A DNA stretch of 32,000 nucleotides from contig NZ_CP089977.1 in assembly GCF_025643275.1 (NCBI RefSeq), forward strand, positions 1,560,001 to 1,592,000, written 5' to 3'. Positions within the stretch are counted from its first letter, which is position 1. Each line of letters opens with the position of its first letter. Below, in pieces: positions 1 through 8,161 of this stretch. The notes below the pieces were generated by a model. It did not search any database. It saw only the letters and a list, made by a program, of their open reading frames with translations, and was not told the DNA's origin. Origin of the DNA: Moraxella nasicaprae. Lineage in GTDB: Bacteria > Pseudomonadota > Gammaproteobacteria > Pseudomonadales > Moraxellaceae. A program made the position numbers and the translations under genes.

Positions 1-1
1 T

Positions 2-517
2 GGTTTGGCGGTGATTCAAGGGGCAAAACAGGCGAACGCTGGGCGGATTTTTGCCATTGATACCAACCCTGAAAAATTTGCGTTGGCAAAAGAGTTTGGG
101 GCGACCGATTGCCTAAACCCCAAAGATTTTGACAAGCCCATTCAGCAAATCTTAATTGAAATGACCAAATGGGGCATAGACCACACTTTTGAATGTATCG
201 GCAATGTGGAGGTAATGCGTGCAGCATTGGAGTCGGCTCATCGTGGTTGGGGGCAGTCGGTGATTATTGGCGTGGCAGGGGCAGGACAAGAGATTAGCAC
301 TCGCCCATTTCAGCTTGTAACAGGGCGTACTTGGAAAGGCACGGCATTTGGCGGTGTCAAAGGTCGCTCGCAATTACCGCAAATGGTGGAAGATGCAATG
401 GCTGGCAAAATTCGCCTGTCGCCTTTTGTTACGCATACAATGCCCCTTGATAAAATCAATGACGCTTTTGATTTAATGCACGAAGGCAAGTCTATTAGAA
501 GTGTGATTCATTATTGA
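2..517 (+). CDS. adhC: S-(hydroxymethyl)glutathione dehydrogenase / class III alcohol dehydrogenase, C-terminal part (5' end lies outside the window)
   Basis: The translation ([81 protein letters not shown]) is typical of class III ADH. The frame is open to the window edge and ends at TGA 515-517. fghA lies downstream. Confidence 0.9.
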   Translation, partial: GLAVIQGAKQANAGRIFAIDTNPEKFALAKEFGATDCLNPKDFDKPIQQILIEMTKWGIDHTFECIGNVEVMRAALESAHRGWGQSVIIGVAGAGQEISTRPFQLVTGRTWKGTAFGGVKGRSQLPQMVEDAMAGKIRLSPFVTHTMPLDKINDAFDLMHEGKSIRSVIHY

Positions 518-531
518 TTTTTAAAATAAAA

Positions 532-566
532 ACTCCGTTTGAATGGGAAATTTGGGCGGTGTTTTG
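532..566 (+). terminator. Probable intrinsic terminator of adhC; a degenerate copy of the ACACCGYTT/AARCGGTGT hairpin
   Basis: ACTCCGTTT (532-540) pairs with GGGCGGTGT (554-562), allowing G-U pairs, and is followed by TTTT. Confidence 0.45.
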
Positions 567-586
567 ATTTGTGCATTCTTAAAAAA

Positions 587-595
587 TGCTATAAT
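587..595 (+). promoter_or_regulatory. Extended -10 promoter element TGcTATAAT upstream of the PhzF-family gene
   Basis: The exact string ATGCTATAAT lies 31 nt upstream of ATG 626. The same 10-mer recurs upstream of two other genes, at 16129-16138 and 20501-20510. Confidence 0.5.
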
Positions 596-625
596 AACTT
601 GATTTTTTTAAGAAAGGAAACAACA

Positions 626-1420
626 ATGCCCCAGCACATTCCCCAATACACCATTGATGCCTTTACCGATACCGTTTTTAAAGGCAATCCTGCGGCGGTA
701 TGTCTGCTTGATGAATGGCTTGATGATACGGTGTTATTAAACATCGCCAAAGAAAACAACCTATCTGAAACCGCCTTTGTTGTGCCTAAAAATGATGCAT
801 TTGAACTGCGTTGGTTTACCCCAAAAGTGGAAGTCAGCCTGTGTGGACACGCCACGCTTGCTACTGCGTTTGCCCTGCATTTAGCATTAACAGATTGCCC
901 TGACACTTTAAAATTTCACACCAGACAAAGCGGTGTTTTGACCGTACAAAAAAGCGGCAATCAGCTGTTAATGGATTTCCCTGTTTTTGCCCTACAAAAA
1001 ATAGACGACATCGCCCCCATTGCTAATATTTTGGGCGTTGTGCCAAACGAAGTCTATCTAGGACGAGATTTAATGTGCGTATTTGATGATGAAAACATCG
1101 TCAAAAATTATCAGCCCAACGACAGCCAAATCGCCCAGTTGCAAGGAGCATTGTGCCACTTTACCGCCCCAAGCACCTCGCCACACTTTGACTGCGTGTC
1201 TCGCTCATTCGCCCCAAAATTGGGCATATCCGAAGACCCTGTATGCGGTTCGGCACATTGTCATATTTTCCCCTATTGGGCGGACAAATTAGGTAAAAAT
1301 GAATTGGTTGGTTTGCAGGCAAGCGAACGCACAGGCGTACTGTACGGCAAAATACAAGGCGAGCGAATGCTATTGGGCGGACAGGCAGTCTTGTTTGCCA
1401 AATCAGAAATTTATATTTAA
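626..1420 (+). CDS. PhzF-family isomerase-like protein (YddE-like)
   Basis: MPQHIPQYTIDAFTDTVFKGNPAAVCLL... with later CGHATLA and CGSAHC motifs, typical of PhzF/DAP-epimerase-fold proteins. I chose ATG 626, preceded by AAGGAAA, over the ORF-track TTG at 539. Confidence 0.85.
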   Translation: MPQHIPQYTIDAFTDTVFKGNPAAVCLLDEWLDDTVLLNIAKENNLSETAFVVPKNDAFELRWFTPKVEVSLCGHATLATAFALHLALTDCPDTLKFHTRQSGVLTVQKSGNQLLMDFPVFALQKIDDIAPIANILGVVPNEVYLGRDLMCVFDDENIVKNYQPNDSQIAQLQGALCHFTAPSTSPHFDCVSRSFAPKLGISEDPVCGSAHCHIFPYWADKLGKNELVGLQASERTGVLYGKIQGERMLLGGQAVLFAKSEIYI

Positions 1421-1450
1421 AATCAGTTAATTATATTTGAGTAAAAGGCA

Positions 1451-2293
1451 ATGCAACACCTACAAACCCACCGCATTTTCAACGGCGAACAACAAATCTG
1501 GCAACATTTTTCAGGCAGCCTAAATTGTGAAATGAAATTTGCCATTTATCTACCCGACACCGCCAAAAACCAAAAATTGCCTGTACTCTACTGGCTATCA
1601 GGCTTAACCTGCACCGAGCAAAATTTCATCACCAAATCAGGCTATCAACGCTATGCCGATGAGCATAATGTCATCGTTGTCGCCCCTGACACATCGCCAC
1701 GAGGCGAAGGCGTGGCGGACGATACGGCTTATGATTTGGGGCAGGGGGCAGGATTTTATCTGAACGCCACACAGGGTGAGTGGGCAAAACATTATCAAAT
1801 GTACGATTATATTGCCAAAGAATTGCCGACTTTGATTAACCAGCATTTTCCCATCAATGGCAAACAATCCATTTTTGGGCATTCAATGGGCGGACACGGT
1901 GCTTTGACCATTGCCTTTAAAAATTTGGAGCATTATCAAAGCGTTTCGGCATTTTCGCCCATCACTGCACCGACACAAGTTGCTTGGGGACAAAAGGCAT
2001 TTACCGCTTATTTGGGCGATGGCAAACAGGCGTGGGCGGATTATGACAGCGTGGCGTTATTAGAAAAACATCATCTTGCGATTAAACAAAAAAATCTACC
2101 CATTTTGATTGAACAGGGCGATAAAGATGAGTTTTTGCACACGCAATTAAAGCCAGAATTATTTTGTCAAATGGCAGATAAATTGGGCATCAATTATCAA
2201 TATGATTTACAGGCAGGCTTTGACCATTCTTATTATTTTATTGCCAGTTTTATTGAAAAGCACATTGCTTTTCACGCGAAGTATTTAAAATGA
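1451..2293 (+). CDS. fghA: S-formylglutathione hydrolase (esterase D family)
   Basis: LPVLYWLSGLTCTEQNF, GHSMGGHGAL and DHSYYFI motifs. It is linked to adhC. Confidence 0.9.
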   Translation: MQHLQTHRIFNGEQQIWQHFSGSLNCEMKFAIYLPDTAKNQKLPVLYWLSGLTCTEQNFITKSGYQRYADEHNVIVVAPDTSPRGEGVADDTAYDLGQGAGFYLNATQGEWAKHYQMYDYIAKELPTLINQHFPINGKQSIFGHSMGGHGALTIAFKNLEHYQSVSAFSPITAPTQVAWGQKAFTAYLGDGKQAWADYDSVALLEKHHLAIKQKNLPILIEQGDKDEFLHTQLKPELFCQMADKLGINYQYDLQAGFDHSYYFIASFIEKHIAFHAKYLK

Positions 2294-2295
2294 TT

Positions 2296-2325
2296 GAAAA
2301 TGGGGATTTTCTCAGGCAGCCTGAA
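2296..2325. repeat. Copy of the post-gene repeat GAAAATGGGG..TCAGGCAGCCTGAA, containing the 12-mer AGGCAGCCTGAA (2314-2325)
   Basis: Shares AAAATGGG..TTCAGGCAGCCTGAA with the copies at 27561-27600 and 31281-31316. It is immediately followed by a C8 tract (2326-2333). Confidence 0.6.
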
Positions 2326-2435
2326 CCCCCCCCAACTATCATTTTGACTGATACCTGTTTATCAAAATTCTTGATTTTTAATAATAAATCATTGGCATTA
2401 TAATAGTTGCCATTTCAACCATTTAGGAACCCCAA

Positions 2436-3494
2436 ATGACCTATCCTGTCAAATCCTATGCCGCTTTTTCGGCAACCACACCCCTTACTCCACACAGTTT
2501 TGAACGCAGAGAACTCCGTGAAGACGATGTTTTGATTGATATTTTGTACTGTGGCGTCTGCCACTCTGACTTGCATATGGCACGCAATGATTGGGGTTGG
2601 ACACAACATTATCCGCTTGTACCGGGACACGAAATCATCGGTCGTGTGAGCAAGCTCGGCAAAAACGCCAACAAATTTAAAATCGGCGATTTGGTCGGTG
2701 TCGGCTGTATGGTGGACTCTTGCCGTGAATGCAGTCCTTGTTAGCACGGTTTGGAGCAGTACTGCGAAGTGGGCAACATCGGCACTTATGGCGGTATTGA
2801 CCGCTTTGACGGCACACCAACACAAGGCGGTTACAGCACAGGTGTGGTGGTGAGCAAGGATTTTGTGTTAAAAGTCTCTGAAAAATTGGACACCAAAGCG
2901 GTTGCCCCTCTTTTGTGTGCAGGCATTACCACTTATTCGCCCCTGCGTCATTGGAATGTCAAAGCCGGCTCAAAAGTCGCTGTTGTCGGGCTTGGGGGAC
3001 TGGGGCATATGGCGGTTAAACTTGCCAAAGCGATGGGAGCAGAAGTTACGCTTTTTACTCGCTCACTGGGCAAAGCTAATGATGCTTACCGTTTGGGGGC
3101 GAGCCGTGTGGTGCTTTCTACCGATGACAATCAGATGAAAGAAGTCGCCAACACCTTTGATTTGATTATTGACACCGTGCCATACACCCACGATTTAAAA
3201 CCGTATATGCCAACTTTGACACTGGACGGCACGCTGGTGCTGGTGGGGCTGGTGGGAGAACTTAAAGAAACCATCAACACCGTGCCGATGATTATCGGTC
3301 GCCGCAGTATTTCTGCCTCTGTGATTGGCGGTATTGCCGAAACGCAAGAAATGCTGGACTTTTGTGCCGAGCATAATATTGTGCCAGATGTGGAAATGAT
3401 AAAGATGCAAGACATCAATACTGCTTATGAGCGTATGCAAAAGAGTGATGTGAAATATCGCTTTGTGATTGATATGGGGAGTTTGAGGGGGTAA
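2436..3494 (+). pseudogene. Zn-dependent NAD(P) alcohol dehydrogenase (YahK/CAD-like) interrupted by an in-frame TAG at 2742-2744
   Basis: The two ORF-track pieces (2436-2744 and 2751-3494) are in the same frame. Read through, the sequence is ...VDSCRECSPC*HGLEQYCEVG..., matching the conserved structural-zinc CxxCxxCxxGxExYC block. CGVCHSDLH and GLGGLGHMAVK are also present. Confidence 0.85.
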
Positions 3495-5316
3495 TTTGGG
3501 GATAAGGGAAACATTGTTTTTGGGTTTGATGATTTTGTTGATGACTTTATTGAAGATATAGGGCATTTATCAAAAAAGTTTAATTACATAAAACTATTAG
3601 ATCGCCCCAAAATTTGGAGAAAAAATCTTGTAGTTGAAAGATATATTGAGAATTTGTCTTTAAATGATATTATTTGTAATCCCGACTTCTTATTGGTTAA
3701 TTACCAAGAAAAGAGAAATGCTAATTTACTTATCTCTTTGATTACAGGTAGTATTAATGATATTAAAGGTGTTGCATTAGATGAACCAAAAGATTTATTA
3801 GAAAATATCAAGAAGAAAATTGTCTTGTTTGATGGTCAGCAAACTAAATTTATTCATCATCCAACAAATGAGTTTATGACAAAAATACAAGGCTTGTCAG
3901 GAACGGGAAAAACTGAATTATTATTACATAAATTAATTGAATTTTATACTGAAGATAAAGAGTCTAGAATTCTATTTACTTGCCACAATAAAATTCTAGC
4001 TAAAAATTTGCAAGATAGAATCCCAAAATTTTTTAATTTTATGAAAGTGGAAGAACAAATTGAATGGAATAAAAGATTATGGTGTATGCATGCTTGGGGC
4101 TCAAGAAATGCACCACATACTGGTACACTTAGCTATATTTGTAATTTTTACAATATACCATTCCAAACCTTTTCACAAGTTGTTTCATTTGATATTGCTT
4201 GTAAGAATGCAGTTAATGAGATTAATAATAATCGGGATAATGTTAATAAGGATAAACCTTTTGATTACATCATTATTGATGAAAGTCAGGACTTTCCTGA
4301 TAGTTTTTTTGAATTGTGCAAATTAGTGGCTGGGAAAAAAATTTATATTGCTGGAGATATTTTTCAAAGTATTTTCGATGATCCTAAAAAAGATGAAATA
4401 GATGCGGATTTTTTATTGAATAGATGCTATAGAACAGATCCTAGAACGCTTATGTTTAGTCATGGTTTGGGGATGAATTTATTTGAAGATGGAAAGTAAT
4501 TAAGATGGCTTGATGAAAAACAATGGTACGAATGCGGTTATATTGTTCAAGATATGGAAAATGAGTATATTTTAACGCGAGAGCCTGTAAGAAGATTTGA
4601 GGATGTTGAAGATGAGAATTTAGGTGTAAAGATTGAAACAGTAACGCTTAATAATGATGTTGATAGCATAATTAAGATTATTGAAAATTTAAAAAGTAAA
4701 TATGAAACAATATCACCAGATGATATTGCTATTATTATACTGCCAGAAAAACATATGGCAAATAATCTCTATGATTTGGTAAAAAATAGAATCAAAAATA
4801 TATGAAAAATTTAATGGTTGGGGTTGTAATATAGCTTATGAAACAAAAGAGATTATAAAAGATCAAGTTTTTATTACAAATACCAACAATATCAAAGGTC
4901 TAGAATATCCATTTGTAATTGTTGTGTGCAATAATATTTCCAATAGTTATCTTATTAGAAATAGTCTTTATATGTCTCTTACTCGTTCATTTTTAGAATC
5001 TTATCTTGTTTCATACGACAATGATTTAGAAAAGATTAATAATCTGAAAAATAGTTTAAACTATATTAATAGCGAGAGAAAGATGAGATGTCCTATCCCT
5101 AGCAAAGAACATCAACAAGAAATACAAATAAAATTGAAAAATTATTATCAAGATTTTAATGCTATGGAGTATGCTTATGATCTATCAATGAATTTTCCAG
5201 AAAAATTTCAAAGTGTATCTTTTGGTTTAATGAAAGATCAAATTGATAATAATGGAAAAATTACTAAAGAAGACCTTGATGGGTATTTTAATGATTTAAA
5301 AAAGGTTATGAAATAA
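3495..5316 (+). pseudogene. Decayed SF1 (UvrD/NERD-associated type) helicase-like P-loop ATPase: start-less at the 5' end, one in-frame TAA, one frameshift
   Basis: Walker A GLSGTGKT, Walker B/DExx IIIDESQD, NRCYRTDPRTL and NIKGLEYPFVIVV are spread over three ORF-track pieces (3654-4499, 4554-4805, 4924-5316). Pieces 1 and 2 share a frame across TAA 4497-4499. Piece 3 is reached by a frame change in the AT/A-rich run at about 4790-4806. The frame is open with protein-like sequence back to 3495, with no ATG/GTG/TTG before the TTG at 3654. Confidence 0.7.
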
Positions 5317-5328
5317 TTTGGAGTATTT

Positions 5329-6009
5329 ATGATAAACATCCAATCAAATATTGAGGATTGGTTTTATGCAAAAAACCTTAGATTTGCAATTAGAGATAAA
5401 CTAGATATTTTATCAATTGTATTTTCATGTGTTGAGTATATTATCAGTCATTATGACACAAACCATAATATAAATGAGAATGGAAATGTTCTGTGTATTA
5501 AAGAATTTTCAGATTTTATAAGAATCTTCATAAAAGAAAACAGTAAGATTTATTCCATTTGCATGCCTTTTAAGGTAAAGAAAGATAAAAATCAAGATAA
5601 TAAACTCGAAGTTCTTTACCAAAATAAAAATCTCAATATAATTATTAATAATCAGATTCTTTCATTATTAAAATCACTTTTCAAAAAAGAAGATCCTATT
5701 TTTTTGAAAAGAGAAATCTTAAATATGTATGAGGAAATTTATATAGCTTTGACAGATTTTTCTATAGATACTTATAATGTCTATGATATATATGAATTAA
5801 TCAATTATGTTCTAGTTTTTGAATATGGTTATATTAGATATGACTATGATATAAAGAATGAAAATTGTAAAGTCCACCCTTTGCATCATTTTGATTTATC
5901 TTATTGTAACTATGCAACATATAAGTTTGGATTAAATAAAAATATATCTTTAGATAAATTCATAGATATTTTTGATTCAGAAACAGATCAACTATATATT
6001 AATTTATAG
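5329..6009 (+). CDS. Hypothetical protein, 226 aa; orphan partner of the helicase-like gene
   Basis: ATG is preceded by GGAG (tttggagtatttATG), 12 nt after the helicase stop. Very AT-rich. No family is recognisable by eye. Contains a VHPLHHFD motif. Ends with TAG 6007-6009. Confidence 0.6.
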   Translation: MINIQSNIEDWFYAKNLRFAIRDKLDILSIVFSCVEYIISHYDTNHNINENGNVLCIKEFSDFIRIFIKENSKIYSICMPFKVKKDKNQDNKLEVLYQNKNLNIIINNQILSLLKSLFKKEDPIFLKREILNMYEEIYIALTDFSIDTYNVYDIYELINYVLVFEYGYIRYDYDIKNENCKVHPLHHFDLSYCNYATYKFGLNKNISLDKFIDIFDSETDQLYINL

Positions 6010-6116
6010 TTAAGGTTTGATATTATTTGTTTCTATCTTGTTTAAATTGTAATTGAGATTTTAATCATAGCATTATCATAACCCCACCTTTACCCCTCAA
6101 TTTTCCAAAATAACCA

Positions 6117-6149
6117 AAACCATTTAGGACAACCAAATCCTAATGGTTT
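6117..6149. terminator. Hairpin between the island and the glxA-like gene; possibly a bidirectional terminator
   Basis: AAACCATTTAGGA / TCCTAATGGTTT forms a stem of about 12 bp with one bulge. It has an A-rich 5' flank and a T-rich 3' flank. Confidence 0.4.
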
Positions 6150-6253
6150 GATTTATTCATTCCGCAATGAAACCTTCATTGAAAAAACTTCTAAAATTCA
6201 CCCTAGCCACTTTGGGTATATTCACCCTTATCGCAGTGATTTTGCCTGTTAAA

Positions 6254-7210
6254 TCAACCACTCCCAAACCCCCTCCGCCACACCTGCGGACTTACCCCAA
6301 ACCGCTCCTTAAACTTCTCTCGCAAATGACTGGCACTACCAAAGCCTGATTTTTGGGCAATTCTCTCAATGCTCTCATCAGAGCTTTCTAATAATTCTTG
6401 CACCACAGACAGCCGTTTGGCGGTCAGCCACTGGGTCAAGGTCATATTGGTGGCATTTTTAAAATAGCGATTAAAACTTCTTTTGGATAAATGCACTTTA
6501 TCAGCCAAATCGTCCAATGTATGTGTTTTATCCAAATTATCGCTTAAAAATTGCAGTAATTCATTGATTTTACTATCTTTGGTGTGATTGACGATACTAA
6601 GCTGGCTAAACTGTGCCTGACCGCCTTCACGGTGTGGTGCAGAGACAAACAGTCGTGCCAAATCATTGGCAACACTTGCCCCATAAAGCGTACGGATAAA
6701 ATACAGACAGCAGTCCATACCTGCATACGCCCCTGCGGAGGTCAAAATATTGCCATCATCAAGATAGAGTTTGTTGTTATCAAGCTTGATGTGGGGAAAT
6801 TGTTGTTTAAAGGTATGTTCGCCTGCCCAATGGGTAACGACTGTTTTATCCGTCAAAATATCAGCAAAGGCAAGACCAAAAGTCCCATAGCATAAGGCAA
6901 TGATTTTTTTGCCATTTTGATGGGCGGTTTGTAATTTTTGGGTAAAGGCACGGCTTGGTTTGTCGCCCACCCAACCTGCAAGGACGATGATATCGGCATT
7001 GTCCATTAAATCCAAATTGCCGTGTGGCGTGATTGTTGCCCCCAATTCTGTACGAATGGCTTTGCCATTATCGCTCACGACTTGAAAATCAAAGAGCTTT
7101 TTGCCCTGATAGGGTGCTTGAAAGACGCTAAACGGAATATTAAATACAAAATCATTACAGCCATTTTGGGCGTAGAGGGTGAGGATTGGGGGTGTATTGT
7201 GGAAAGTCAT
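6254..7210 (-). CDS. GlxA-family transcriptional regulator (DJ-1/PfpI domain plus AraC-type HTH)
   Basis: The N-terminal region is DJ-1/PfpI-like (IIVLAGWVG..IIALCYGTFGLA). The C-terminal region has the AraC HTH (LDDLADKVHLSKRSFNRYFK...IERIAQKSGFGSASHLREKFKERFGVSP). Confidence 0.85.
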   Translation of the reverse strand: MTFHNTPPILTLYAQNGCNDFVFNIPFSVFQAPYQGKKLFDFQVVSDNGKAIRTELGATITPHGNLDLMDNADIIVLAGWVGDKPSRAFTQKLQTAHQNGKKIIALCYGTFGLAFADILTDKTVVTHWAGEHTFKQQFPHIKLDNNKLYLDDGNILTSAGAYAGMDCCLYFIRTLYGASVANDLARLFVSAPHREGGQAQFSQLSIVNHTKDSKINELLQFLSDNLDKTHTLDDLADKVHLSKRSFNRYFKNATNMTLTQWLTAKRLSVVQELLESSDESIERIAQKSGFGSASHLREKFKERFGVSPQVWRRGFGSG

Positions 7211-8010
7211 TGTTTTTTATTTAAAATTTCAAGAATTTTTTGATGGCGAATGCCTTTATCAAAATCTCGCAATTCTGTATTTTCTTTGATAATATTGCCT
7301 TGTTTGTCAATTTTAATCCATTCGCCATTTAATTTAGCGTCCGTTGTTTCACTATCTTTAAAATCGCTGATAAAATCAAAAATCATCGGAATGACAAGCT
7401 CGCCTTGATTATTGATTGCTCCCCACTTATTACCAACTCTTACGCTGGCAACGCCATTAAAAAATTTGGTTGTTTCATCATACTTAAAAGGAATTACTAA
7501 TTTTCCTGTTTTATCAATAAATCCGTTTTTATTATTCATCACAACAACCGCCAAGCCCTCCCGAAAGTCTGACGCATTATCATATTGAAAATCAATGATA
7601 ATTTGACCTATTTTATCCATAAAGCCAATTTTGGCATTTTGCTTAACAACCACAAATCCTTCTTTAAATTCACCAATCACTTCTATGTTATTAGGAATGT
7701 GAATGGCAATATCGCCTTGATAATTGATAAAAAAAGTTTTTCCATCTTTTTCAACCTTAGCCAAACCATCGCTAAATAAATTCGCATCATCATAAATTAA
7801 AGGAATGACAAGATTGCCAGACAAATCCACAAATCCTGATTTGTTGCCTTTTTCAGCACGTGAAAATCCTTCATAAGGACAAGAAATATAATCAAGTTTA
7901 TGTTTATTTGGTGGTCGTTTGCAGGTATCGGCGTGGCTATTTTGTGAGAATAAAAAAGGTGGTAACATTGCTAAAAAATAGGAGAGTTTTTTAAGAAATG
8001 GAAATTTCAT
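7207..8010 (-). CDS. Secreted WG-repeat (KWG-type) protein
   Basis: Signal-peptide-like N-terminus MKFPFLKKLSYFLAMLPPFLFSQNSHA. Repeated G(F/Y)(I/V/M)D..G..VIP..YD.......G.A.V modules. I chose ATG 8010, preceded by AAGGAAA. Its stop overlaps the glxA start (ATGA at 7207-7210). Confidence 0.75.
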   Translation of the reverse strand: MKFPFLKKLSYFLAMLPPFLFSQNSHADTCKRPPNKHKLDYISCPYEGFSRAEKGNKSGFVDLSGNLVIPLIYDDANLFSDGLAKVEKDGKTFFINYQGDIAIHIPNNIEVIGEFKEGFVVVKQNAKIGFMDKIGQIIIDFQYDNASDFREGLAVVVMNNKNGFIDKTGKLVIPFKYDETTKFFNGVASVRVGNKWGAINNQGELVIPMIFDFISDFKDSETTDAKLNGEWIKIDKQGNIIKENTELRDFDKGIRHQKILEILNKKQ

Positions 8011-8161
8011 TTTGTTTCCTTGTGAAAAATATGGATTTATTATACCACCTTTCCCACCAAAATAAAATGGCAAAATCCTTGCGTTGATTGGCAATATTGC
8101 CTATTTTAGCATAAGGCAAAAACGCTTAAAATACGCACATCTTTGATTGTTTGGAATAAAA

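Noticed and set aside
6167-6349. A 60-aa ORF with a hydrophobic N-terminus (MKPSLKKLLKFTLATLGIFTLIAVILPV...).
   Set aside because: Its 3' 96 nt (6254-6349) overlaps the convergent, well-supported glxA-like gene, and the overlapping part (PKPPPPHLRTYPKPLLK) looks like antisense read-through. At best it is a truncated gene remnant, so I did not call it.
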